This document shows, piece after piece, positions 22,301 through 33,429 of a stretch of DNA of 64,000 bases (the first letter of the stretch is position 1; each line of letters begins with the position of its first letter). The stretch covers positions 5,594,171-5,658,170 of the forward strand of contig OZ316893.1 of the NCBI GenBank assembly GCA_973895155.1. Direction: 5' to 3'. The notes below the pieces were generated by a model that was not told the origin of the DNA, ran no database searches, and saw nothing but the letters and a program-made list of their open reading frames with translations. Both the position numbers and the translations under genes were made by a program. This stretch comes from Marsupella aquatica (Eukaryota > Plantae > Marchantiophyta).

Positions 22301-22482
22301 CAGTGATATTCTCTGATGTGCAGGATCATAATTATTATGGTGACATCGACAGTCTGGATCAGGGAAGGCGGACAAGTTATTATAGGCACACGTGAGAAAC
22401 AGGTTGGAAAAGGTCGCGTGATAAGTCTTGATCCTTCCAGGGTTTGTCACAATGTTCCTCTTGGGGCGGACAGAGTTCTTCT

Positions 22483-22810
22483 CTCGGGGGGGTCACTATA
22501 TGGAGGGTCATACATCGCGTGCGACGTTTTAGGGTTTGACCCCCCTAACTTTAAAGTGAAAAATATTTTTTTGCAAAGCCCTTTCTTTCTTAAAATTTTG
22601 TCATTTTTTATTAAAAAACCCCTAAAAACTTTATAGAAAGTATTTTTTGCAATTAAATAGGCCTATGTGTTCTTTAAAGTCGACCAATCAATAAAACATG
22701 CCCTATGTGTTCTTCCACCAAACTTTGGAAGTCTTCCGCCACACCCATTTAAATGGGCCTATACTTCGTCGCACGTGATGTGTCACTTCCGTGGAAGTGA
22801 CCCCCCCGAG
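22483..22810. mobile_element. MITE (328 bp) with 8-bp TSD
   Basis: TIR CTCGGGGGGGTCACT/AGTGACCCCCCCGAG; TSD GTTCTTCT at 22475-22482 and 22811-22818. Confidence 0.93.
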
Positions 22811-25152
22811 GTTCTTCTTCTATTGGAGGAAGTTTTTGACGAGACCATTCTATGCGAAGATGGCAAACTTTTGAAGGACATGATTGGGGGTTACCTTGTA
22901 TGGGAAAGGAATCAGCTTTTTTGAGCTCCCATGGAATCGGAGGATGTGTTTGGCACTGTTGGTGATGATCAAGATCCAGTCAATCAAAATTCTGATGGGA
23001 ACAACCATAATGAGAGTCGGACTGGTGTGGAAGTAGTTTTACCAAAGGCCTTGTGGATGGGCATGCCTGTAAAGGTGGTGGATGAGAACAAGTTGATTTT
23101 TGCAGTGGCAACTATACATGTTCTAGATCCTATAGTGAAGCTTGGGGATGTCACCCTTGGGAATACACATGTGGGAATTCTGATCAACGATTTTGTCGAG
23201 GGAGCTACCATAGATCATCTTAAGCATAGAGATTGCTTAAAAGCTTGGTCGATGGACCAACTCATTGCCAAGGATGGCAACTTGTTGTCTTTCCACAACA
23301 TCAAGCAAGCTGTGGGAGGGAACACATCTCCAACAAGTGGCAAGCGGTCCTACATCCATAAAAGTAGGAAAAGAAAGAGTCCATCTTCCCAGACATCTAG
23401 AAGAGACACATCTTTGGCACGTCAAGATGTGTTGTTGATAAACACTAAGGACTGTTGTAGTGAACATTGTTGCCAATATTTGGACCGCAATTTGGCTATG
23501 GCAATTAGGCAAAAGTGGTGGTCAAAATCTTTTGCGGAGCGCAAGGAGGAGGAAATCAAGGCTATTAAAAATACAATACACTTGGGTACTGGAGAAAGGA
23601 TTCTAGCAGTGGAGGGCAAAGTATTGTGCTTGGAGGCATGGAGAATCATTCATTCAAGAGGAAAGACTCAATTTTATGCCTTGAAGAAGACTGTGATGGC
23701 TGGAATGAACATAGGTACCCATGGTAATGCTGGAAAAAGGCGTATGTCTGAGAAAGTATCTCAAGCGTTCATGTCAATGAAAGAGATTATTGAGGAGGCA
23801 GCTGATCATCATCCAGCCAAGTTGAGAACCATGGCAGATAATACAAGGATGGTTTTGAGGGAATTGCCAACAAATCTTACTTGGAAGAATATTAGAAACA
23901 GGGTTAATGTTGTCAACCAGGAGGCTGGTCTTCCTCCAATTTCCCAACCCACCTTGAGTCATCTACATCAGATGTATTTCAGGGAGTTCTCACGTCACAA
24001 AAAGGGCAACAACTTTTCAAAGTGTACAACTTGTAGTGAGTTGCTTCAACGGAAAGCAAACCTTACAGGAGCTAAGGAAGAGTTAGAGGGCCTAAGGCGT
24101 GACAAGGAGGAACATCACCAAGACCACACACAACAAAGAATGTGCTATCATACCTGGAGATATGAGTCCATCCATCGTCCAAAGGAAGTATTATGCCTTA
24201 TTCATGATAAGATGGATCATTCAAAGACAGCTCTCCCAAGAATGCCCTTCAATCCTAAGCATGTGGATGGTGCCCAAAAGTTCCCAATTACTGTCACTGG
24301 TATCCTTACTCATGGTCATGGTCCCAAGGCCATAGCCCAATATCATGTTGGAGTGTGGCCAGGTGATGTCAACATCACTATTGGGTCAATTGATTCAATA
24401 CTAAGGATGTTGGAAAACCCAAATCCAATGATCAAATCACTTGTGGAGGGGCCAGACTCGACAAGTCTTTTTAAAGACCTCCTTTTTGGGAGAGCAGATA
24501 TCTTGGAGGCAAGTGTCCTTAGAGCATTTGAGGATGACATTGCCTACATCTCAAGCCTAGGTACTTTACTCACAATCCTTTAATTTATTATTATTTAATA
24601 ATATAAGCTCACACACACTGACACTCTACTTTGTGTAGTTGTTGCTCCTCCTAGCCAAGGTTTCATTAATAGGGTTTAGGGTCTGACTAGGGTTTTATTT
24701 AAAAGCATTCTGAGATTGTTACATTGTGATGCAGCACCTGAGGCACCAAAGTTCAAGCCCCTTCCACGAGTATTGAAGCTACAACTGGATAATTGTGCCT
24801 CAGACAACAAGAACAGATATATGATGGCTTATTTGTCATTGTTGACGGCAAGGGAGGTGTTTGAAGAGGTTCATCTTGGTTTTATGGCGGTTGCGTATAC
24901 TCATGAGGACGTTGATGGTATGTTTGGGCATTTTTCAGAGTCTATGATGCATAACCCCACATACTCATTGCCTGAGTTAATGTCCTTGTTCATGAGAGCA
25001 AGGACACCCAATGCAGTCCCACATTTTCTACAGGAGGTCCCAGATTTCAAAAACTACTTAGCTCCATTCATGTTGAAGGGCCCTGAGGCATTGGTGGGGC
25101 ATTTAAAACCCAGGCTGTTTAGGTTCTATGTTCGTCATGATAGTATGCCATG

Positions 25153-28100
25153 TGTAGTTTGCCATAGAGAACCAAAAATCACATTTTAAAGTCTCTAAAC
25201 TCGGTATTCGTTCCCTTTAAGAACAAGATGGGGTTGGTTTGATGTAATAAACTAAAAACAAAGCTTTAAGCTCTTGTGTCACACATAGTAATCAATCTTG
25301 ACTACTTTAATCAGGTACTTTGAAGATCGCTCCACAGCGGTGAGTAGTTTTTGATGATAACTCAACATCAGATAACCTTCAATTAAGCAAAAGATTGCAA
25401 TTAACAAAACACAAGGAAAAATCTCTCAGAGTATGCTTAAGGGAGTCTGGAATAGACCAAGGTTACTCCTTAGACATAAGTAATAATGGAATGACTTTAA
25501 AGGAAATCCAAATCCACACGGCTTTTCAGATCTAAACTGCATACTAGAGTATCCTTTTAAAATGCCGGCAACATGTCTTGACCTTTCTTCCTAAGTGATA
25601 CTTAGTCAAGATCTAAAAGGATAAATACTTCAGCATTTAGATGGTACTAAGCAACATGAAGGTGAAAACATCATTTCCAATGTAACTTAAACTCAATGAG
25701 TTAACTCTAAGAACTTGTGAGATTACAATGTGTCACCAAAGCGGAATCTGACATTATAATTCACGAGATTCATAACTGAGGTTTTACTTCAAGTATTTGG
25801 GTTCCAAAATACAAGAAGGAGGTAAGTCTCTCCAAATGTTAAACCTGATCTTGAACTCATAGATTCATGATCAACTAGTTTAACACAAGGGAGAGGCAAA
25901 ACTGCAAAACTTAACCATCTCTCTACACTAGGGGAAGAGGTATAAATAGTGATGAACTACAGAATAAGAGGTCACAGGGTCGAAGAGACATGCCTCTTCA
26001 TAACTCTCAAAAAGTCAAAACGACGATTCAATAAGTGGAAAGCCGGAAAAAATGGCTAAGTATGAACTCTTAAACTCTTAAAAACTTAAACTCTTAAAAA
26101 CGTAAAAACTTAAACTCTTAAACTCTTAAAAACTTAAACTCTTAAACTCTTAATTTCGGTATACTAAAAATTGAGTAGATTCAACTATTTTTAACTTTCT
26201 ACTCCTGGTTCGGAAAACTCTGAAATTTTTCCAGCAGGGTTTCCTAGGTACAGACTACAGCCTAAAGAAGTCTCATAGCTTTTAAAGCTCTACAACACAT
26301 TTAGAAAAATTGGTAAAAGTACTATACTTTTCAATACTAGCTAAAAATATAGTCTCCTTCAAGCTTGTTGTCGAATATCATCGGGTTCGAGCAGCTCCAC
26401 GTAGGTGACAGTCCGATTCTGTGTTACCTCCATCAGCTCAGTCTGACGTGGTGATCCTCGAGAGTAGGGTAGGCACCTTAGTTGTCTCTCAGGATACATC
26501 AAAGGCATTCGCTTCATCAAATAACAGGAATCTATACGAAGAGCTTCTCTGTATATCCCTAGTACATCATAGTTGTTGCAGGTGGCAGCATATACTTGGG
26601 GATAGTGATGCAGAAACTCATCACTATTCATCATCCTGGAATAGAAGGGTCGAAGTCTCCATCTGACATCCTTAAAATATCGGTTGAAATGAGCCAGGGT
26701 CTGAGTAGTGACATTATTCCAGATCCTCTGTTTCTCAGCTAGGGAACTGGTGGAAACAAGGACAACCTTCGGCTCTCGTGGGATGTAAGAGTTCTGGTGA
26801 GAAGTGGATTTCTTACTCTGCATGAGAAAAGAAATCACAAAGTCCAGAGCGTAAGCTGCAAAATTCCCGAAATAGGCCAAAACCAAATCTGGATCTTCTA
26901 CTTCTACATCCCCTTGAAGTAGCATCATAGCAAGGATGGGTCGGAAGTAGATTGAGTCAGCCCAGAACTCATCAAATTGAGCCATCTCCACTCTTGAAGT
27001 TCCGAAACTTCTGAGGTCAAATATGTAACTGGCCTCAGTCTTCTTAAGGTAGTAGTATCTCCAAAACTCTCCAATTGGGGGTCTGTTGGCCTGCATTATC
27101 TTACAAGTCTCCACGTACCTCTGCACTTGAGACTCTGGATGTCGTGTATATCTTTTCTCAATGACAGAATACCGGGGTGTTTGAGTAGAGGAGGTGACAA
27201 CTGCCACTAAATTTGGATCAGATCTTAAGGTAGTGTCAACATCCTCAAATCCTTGCCTTGGTGACGACTCGACAGAGTTGTCATAAGATCGGATGGAATC
27301 AAAATCAGAGGGTGGATCAGAATCCTCAGGAAGATCCTGTCTAACAGAAGGATGTTCATACTGTGGTTGGGTATAAATAGGTCCCTCGGTTGGCTCATAA
27401 TTGGAATCTGGACTATAAATGCAGTCACCCGGGTTGGAAGGGCCTTTGAATTCTGTGTACTTCGGAATTAAGTCACTAACCACAGAGATTATCTCCTCAG
27501 GTTCACACTGAAGCAATTCCAGTAGGTCAGTTACAATTGCAACACAACTTGTGTTTCCTATCCTTGAGACAGGTTCACTTGGCTCTGGAGGTAGATTCTG
27601 TGGGACAGTAGGAGTGAGAGCAACAAATTCTTCTGGTGCTGACCTCTCAATGGGAGAAGCGGTCCTGACAGGGGTTAGCTGATCTGGAAATGGAGAGGAT
27701 AAGCTAACTGCCTCGGATCTCAAATCACAGACAACATCGTAGAGTTCAACATCACTGCAACCAAAGAGAGAGATTAACTTATCAATAAGCTGCTGATTTG
27801 ACTCTGCTTTCGAAAAAGGGGGCATGGTGACTCCTCGTATGGCAGTAATAGTTGGTTCAACAACGACTTCTTGTTGCTCAGGAAAAATCTCGTCTCCTTC
27901 AGCTTCAAGTTGATCTGCTCCACTGATTTCTCTTGGAGAGTATAAAATGACCTCCATGTTGTGTTCAGGGGGAAATTCCGAACCATCTATCGAGACATCC
28001 TCCATATTAACATCCTGATCAGTGGAATTCAGCAGAATGTCCTGTTCTGATTCTGCTACACTAATTTCTTCCTCAATGTCCAACTCGATCAGAAGTAATC

Positions 28101-29243
28101 CCCTTTCTGTTTTCTCCTCCGGATGTAAACAGTCATGTGCTTGATACAGCTGAGATAGATAGACTTGTAGACAAGTAGGTCTGCCTGCCTTCATACTTCT
28201 CACCTGATCGTGCATCACATTGAAAAGTAACAACGCCCAATTTACTTGAATAGCTCCACTGTGAGAAGCTACGATAGTATTCGCCAATGCCACAGGGCAG
28301 ATAGTTGGTCTCTTCGGATGGAGAATGGGCACTAGAAATTCTAAAAGAATCCTCAAATCCGGATAGGTACATTGTGTCACATTCCAGCCATTGGTAGGAT
28401 GGCGAATCCCTGAAAAGTAAGGAGTGGACAAATCTTTTTTCTTTGAATATAATCCTTCTCCATCTAAGGGGCAGCGGAAGGCATGAGCTACTTGCTCAAC
28501 TGTCCATAAACTTGGCCGAGCTCGAATGGTTTGTCGAAATTCAGGGGCAATCAGTGATCCTCTCACAAAATCCTGTAAATAAGAGTCGAGCTCCACATTC
28601 CAAGGGATTGCGAGTAGATGTTCCAATCCGAGCTGCTGTAACGATGTTCTCAAATTTTCACAACTGTCGGGCGCCAAAGGAATTCGAGCGACCACACTCT
28701 TAGGAATTGCCAGAGTTTGAACACGATACTGTGCATCAGCGTTCAAGTCAGCCATAGCTCAAATTCTGCTCACTGAGCTACGCGAAGAATTGTTTGGAGT
28801 CGAGAGCGATGAAAGATGCAGCGGAAGAGAAGTCAGGAGTGAGCGCCTATGTTCTGGATTCCTCCCCCTTCAAGGCCTGCTCCTCGTTTTGTTGCAAAGT
28901 CCCGTTGGAGTTAGCCGTAGCCTGTCACAATCGCGGGGCTCGCCAGTTCGCAAGTCGCAACTCTTAAAGTCGTAAAGTCTTAAAGTAGGGTTTACTCGTA
29001 AACCCTTAAACTCTTAAACTATTAAACACTTCAACTCTTCAACTCTTCAACTCTTAAACTATTAAAGTAGGGTTTACTCGTAAACCCGTAAACTCTTAAA
29101 CACTTTAACTCTTCAACTCTTAAACTCTTAATCTTCGGCAGAGTTTAGTTTACTCGAGTTATCAGCAAATATAGTTTAACTACTTCAAAAATTTAAAAAT
29201 TTTCCGGTTTTCTTCATGACTTTGGAATTACTGCCTATCTACA
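25153..29243 (-). repeat. 3' LTR of element 2 (~4.1 kb), containing a long ORF
   Basis: PPT GAGGAGAGGGCTA (minus strand, 29244-29256) precedes TGTAGATAGG at 29243; 29030-29243 is near-identical to the element's 5' terminus 30486-30699. Confidence 0.85.
26359..28755 (-). CDS. Accessory ORF (798 aa), homologous at N-terminus to 4673-7246
   Basis: Uninterrupted ORF; shared N-terminal motifs and a shared ELL.C...E-type motif; different C-terminus. Confidence 0.85.
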   Translation of the reverse strand: MADLNADAQYRVQTLAIPKSVVARIPLAPDSCENLRTSLQQLGLEHLLAIPWNVELDSYLQDFVRGSLIAPEFRQTIRARPSLWTVEQVAHAFRCPLDGEGLYSKKKDLSTPYFSGIRHPTNGWNVTQCTYPDLRILLEFLVPILHPKRPTICPVALANTIVASHSGAIQVNWALLLFNVMHDQVRSMKAGRPTCLQVYLSQLYQAHDCLHPEEKTERGLLLIELDIEEEISVAESEQDILLNSTDQDVNMEDVSIDGSEFPPEHNMEVILYSPREISGADQLEAEGDEIFPEQQEVVVEPTITAIRGVTMPPFSKAESNQQLIDKLISLFGCSDVELYDVVCDLRSEAVSLSSPFPDQLTPVRTASPIERSAPEEFVALTPTVPQNLPPEPSEPVSRIGNTSCVAIVTDLLELLQCEPEEIISVVSDLIPKYTEFKGPSNPGDCIYSPDSNYEPTEGPIYTQPQYEHPSVRQDLPEDSDPPSDFDSIRSYDNSVESSPRQGFEDVDTTLRSDPNLVAVVTSSTQTPRYSVIEKRYTRHPESQVQRYVETCKIMQANRPPIGEFWRYYYLKKTEASYIFDLRSFGTSRVEMAQFDEFWADSIYFRPILAMMLLQGDVEVEDPDLVLAYFGNFAAYALDFVISFLMQSKKSTSHQNSYIPREPKVVLVSTSSLAEKQRIWNNVTTQTLAHFNRYFKDVRWRLRPFYSRMMNSDEFLHHYPQVYAATCNNYDVLGIYREALRIDSCYLMKRMPLMYPERQLRCLPYSRGSPRQTELMEVTQNRTVTYVELLEPDDIRQQA

Positions 29244-29272
29244 TAGCCCTCTCCTCAAACGGCGCCGTGCCC

Positions 29273-30490
29273 TCACAAGCCATTGGAGTGGGGTATATAA
29301 TATTTCTTCACTCTGGATCCATTGATTCTGGTATCAAGAGGTTCTCTATTCAAGGTTTCCAAAGTTAAAGACCCATTAGGCCATACGGTAACAACTCTGT
29401 AAGGGCCGATCCAGTGAGTGTGAAGCTTCCCAGGGAAGAACATATACCTAGAGTCATACACAAGCGCCAAATCTCCTGGCTGTAGTGTCGGTATTTTTAA
29501 CCTCTTATCATAGGCCATCTTCCGTTTATCCTGTTGTTGTATGGTATGCTGTAACGCTAGAAGTCTATGTTCTTCTAATTCATCCAGAACTTCCAACCTA
29601 GTGTGGAAACTATCAAGTTCAGGTAACCTCTCAGAGATCAGAAGCCGTTCAGTAGGTAGTTCAAATTCAATGGGGGTAACACTATGCATACCAAAAGTTA
29701 AGTAGAAGGGCGTTCTCAAGGTAGTAATCTTTTCTGCAGTTCTGTAAGCCCATAAAGCAGAGTGGAGTTTGATGTCCCAATCCGTTTTATGTGCTTCCAC
29801 CATTTTATTCAATATTTTTCCCATTAACCCATTAGCTCTTTCAGTCAATCCGTTAGCTCGGGGATTATAAGGGGTGGTCTTTCGATGCTTAATCAGATAT
29901 TTCTCAGTGATGAGCTCAATTGTCTCATTAAGGAAGTGCAGGCCTCGATCACTTACCAATTCCAAGGGACAGCCATACCGGGTAATAATGTTTTCAAATA
30001 AGAAATTGGCGGCTGTGGCAGCGTCATTCTTCCTAGTATGCTTAGCCTCCACCCATTTGGTGAGGTAGTCCGTAGCAAGAATGATATATCTGCTTCTACT
30101 TCGTCTAGCAGCAGGGGAAATGGGGCCAATAAAGTCTATCCCCCATTTCTCAAATGGAGCTAGAGGCAAAATGGGTGTTAGAGGCCATTTTGATGTTGCA
30201 GTAGGCTTCCCTATTCGCTGACAAGGGTCACAGCTTTGAATGTAGTTATAAGTGTCCTTATGCATGGTAGGCCACCAAAATCCAGCGTCCTTAATTTTCT
30301 TAACAGTTGTATTTACGGCATAGTGTCCACCGGAGGCTTCAGTGTGTAAGGCTGAAATGACCTTTGGAACTTCTTGAGCTTCCAAGCAACGGTGAAGTCT
30401 CTGATTTGGCAATAATTTAAATAGAACACCCCTCACAATAGTATATGGTCCTACTTTCTAGAGGAAAACAGCTTTTTCTTCTGCATTCAA
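29273..30490 (-). pseudogene. pol: Integrase fragment of element 2
   Basis: HHCC, WGIDF, SDRG, NGLTER, WIGPY; begins LNAEEKAVFL*KVGPYTIV at the deletion junction. Confidence 0.93.
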
Positions 30491-30699
30491 CTCTTCAACT
30501 CTTAAACTCTTAAACTATTAAAGTAGGGTTTACTCGTAAACCCGTAAACTCTTAAACACTTTAACTCTTCAACTCTTAAACTCTTAATCTTCGGCAGAGT
30601 TTAGTTTACTCGAGTTATCAGCAAATATAGTTTAACTACTTCAAAAATTTAAAAATTTTCCGGTTTTCTTCATGACTTTGGAATTACTGCCTATCTACA
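30486..30699 (-). repeat. Remnant (first ~214 bp) of 5' LTR of element 2
   Basis: Direct repeat of 29030-29243, including AACTCTTAA minisatellite. Confidence 0.9.
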
Positions 30700-31200
30700 C
30701 CATGCTTCCAATACAAAATGAAGTCAACTGATCAGGGATGGTTACCCAAGGAAGGTATTGAAATGTGGTCATGGAAAGATGACAAAAGTCCTCACATCCC
30801 AATTGGGGTGCCCAAACGGCTACCAATTTAATGGAGTTGAAAATGCTTCCTGAAGTGCTGACAGGGTTGAAGAAGCATGTGTCATTCTTTGAGTTTATTC
30901 TAAAGTGAACAAAAGAGGAAGAACCAAAGCGACGTTGGACAACTCTCATCAATTATTGGAATGACATTGTAGATACTCTACAGGGTGAGCAGGTGCAATA
31001 TGAACCTGAAGGTGCACACAACTTGGAATACGGGTTTTGGCCTTTATCAATATGGAGAGAGCACGTTCCACCAGAATATCAAAATGTGGCATGTGAGTTG
31101 GAGGCAATAGTGGATTATGTGGGACCAGCAAAAGATAAACCTCCTGAGAGTTTTAACCCTAGGGTTGATGTTGTGAAGGGCTGTTATGTGTTGGTACGGC

Positions 31201-31497
31201 CTCGGGGGTTTCACTTCCACAAAAATGGCATATCACGTGCGACGAAGGATAGGGTCATTTTATTGGTTCTAAGGGAAGACTTAAGAATTTTTGTAGAAGA
31301 ACAATAGGGTCTTTTAAATTCAATTTTGAGACTTATAAGAACATTAGGGTCTTTTTAATCCAATTTTTAGAATATTCCAAGAATATTCCAACTTTATAGG
31401 GGTTAAAAAATAATTTAAAATTCTTACATTTTAGGGGGTCCAAGGCCTAAAAACGTCGCATGCGATGGGGAGGTCCCCATATAGTGAGACCCCTAAG
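31201..31497. mobile_element. MITE (297 bp) with 8-bp TSD, related to 22483-22810, opposite orientation
   Basis: TIR CTCGGGGGTTTCACT/AGTGAGACCCCTAAG; TSD GGTACGGC at 31193-31200 and 31498-31505. Confidence 0.9.
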
Positions 31498-31979
31498 GGT
31501 ACGGCCGGACGACTCAGACCTGGATGTTTATCCCATCCATATGGGGTTAGTTGTTACAGATGTGATAGAAGGACCAATGAATGAACAAAACCTTCTTACT
31601 CATGTATGTGGCGTTGAGTGGTTTAGACCATTTATGGCAAAGAAGCAACGTGGTCAATCAGACTGGCAGCCAAGAGAGTAGTGGGCAGATTCTTGGGATA
31701 AGAAATGGGAACGTGATCCAACTCCAATATACAAGGAAGTTGAGACAATAGATGTTTCCTCTGCCTTGTGGTGTTTCAAAGCACGCAAAGGACCAGTGAC
31801 AGGGCTGGTAGGAATTCCAAAGAATGTTGTTGTCAAGGCAAGAGACTATCTCTTGACATGCATAGCAAGTGACAAATCCTAGACAGTAATGAAGCATGTA
31901 GTTTAGCATACAGTTTAAAAGGCAACTCAGAATAGTAGTAACCAGAGAACTCAAGTTTAGACAAGTCTTATCGTCTAAG

Positions 31980-32450
31980 TTAGTTAATTGGTTAGTTTAT
32001 TTAAGATATAATATTAGTTAGTGGGGCCTTAGTTTGGTGATATTAAGGCATGATATTATTGACATTCAAATGAATGTCCAGTAGACATTGTAATATACAA
32101 CAATCCTATTAATAAATAATAATTATAGTTACACCTTCAAGTGAACTCAACTTTCAATGATTTCTGATTTTATATGGTTCCATGCCTGATTGAGTCAAAG
32201 CAATAGAAACTAACTAATTAAAGGGTGATACTATGATTGTAGGTCACACACCCTGGTGCATGTCAATCTTTTTTTGTATTCAACCCTATAGTAATTAAAT
32301 AGACAAGTTAGTTAGTTGGTTAGTTTATTTAAGATATAATATTAGTTAGACAGTGGGGCCTTAGTTTGGTGATATTAAGGCATGATATTATTGACATTCA
32401 AATGAATGTCCAGTAGACATTAATTGTAATATACAACAATCCTATTAATT
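31980..32450. repeat. ~130-bp direct duplication downstream of transposase
   Basis: GGTTAGTTTATTTAAGATATAATATTAG...CAATCCTATTAAT at ~31990-32113 and ~32317-32449. Confidence 0.8.
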
Positions 32451-33429
32451 GTTGTAAAGGGTGGTCAATCTTTTTTGTATTCAACCCTATAGTAATTAAA
32501 TAGACAATTGAAACAATGAATGACAGTTTAATTAAGGATTTGTGCATGGATCTAGAGGTACTTGATGTCATTTAGTGATGCATTGTCATAAAGATCTTGC
32601 AACAAAACATTTGAAGTTTTTGACTATCCCACCAAATGTTAAAGAGGTTGATCATTCATTAACTTATAATATTTAGATAAAATTGGAATTAATCTAATAC
32701 TTCAGTATTCCTTAAATTGGGGTTCTATTCTTCAATAATTGCCCGATAGTTGTCTTGTGGACCTTCTCAGCAAATTTGGCCTGCACCCACTCAACCGAAT
32801 CCTTGTTAGTCAACCTTGCATTCTTTTGCTTGTGTGTAAAAATCTCTGGCTTTTGCTACAAGTCTCTGGCTTTTGCTTATGGCTCAACTTGGTCAATTTC
32901 TTTCCAGCCATGATGACAATGCTTTAGAGAACAGTTTCCTTGGAAAATTTCTTCAGAGAACAGTTTGTGTGCTGCCACACACTATGTCCCTGGGTCACTG
33001 TTACGCTATCTGAGCAGTCCTAGAGTTTGATGTGCTTGACACTATCTTGTGCAAACCTCATGACTTTGCTGTCAGATCACACACTAAAGTCCTTGTACCC
33101 TAAACCCTTGTACATGGCGTTTTCAGTTGGATAAGTGCTAGTGAATACTCTATGTAAATCTTTCTAGCTCTTATCAATAAAAGCTGATTGTGTACTATAT
33201 GCGCTAACTTGTAAATGCATGTGTACTCTTATAGATGGAATGCACTTTGGTCTTAAGTATTTTTTGTTCACCTGCACTCATGAAAAGTGCATTTTTGGGT
33301 GCTTTTACAAAGCAAATTCCAGTAATTTTAGGGGAAGACACTCAAGGCCTGCACTAATCCATGGGCTGCACTTATGCATGGTTCACTGTAATTGCACTTC
33401 CTACTATATCTTCCCTCCTTCCGCCCATT

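Larger units (their letters stand above)
25153..30699 (-). mobile_element. Ty3/Gypsy element 2, internally deleted, inserted in the transposase
   Basis: Termini TGTAG...CTACA; TSD CCATG at 25148-25152 and 30700-30704; integrase highly similar to element 1. Confidence 0.95.
22337..31882 (+). pseudogene. Sola-like DDD/E transposase gene, one intron (24561-24734), disrupted by two MITEs and a Gypsy element
   Basis: CC...C and LC..AW cluster, FSKCTTC, LIHDKMDHSK, LQLDNCASDNKN, YTHEDVDGMFG (cf. DNC..(Q/E)NKN and GHTH..D of Sola-type transposases); the frame is restored on removing each insertion plus one TSD. Confidence 0.8.
9191..33343. mobile_element. Large cargo-carrying DNA transposon (Sola-like transposase), decayed; boundaries approximate
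   Basis: Transposase plus divergently oriented Ulp1/ParB-like/F-box cargo with the same decay pattern and a shared non-coding palindrome from 12.0 to 22.2 kb; right end only tentative (...GGGGAAGACACTC at 33343); left end displaced by element 1. Confidence 0.6.

Noticed and set aside
22316-22924. ORFs of 106 and 85 aa as separate genes
   Set aside because: Each is a chimera of transposase-gene sequence and MITE sequence
29030-30699. Small independent element with 214-bp LTRs around an integrase
   Set aside because: The repeat has no CA-ended distal terminus of its own; the TSD pairs 30699 with 25153, so it is a deleted 5' LTR
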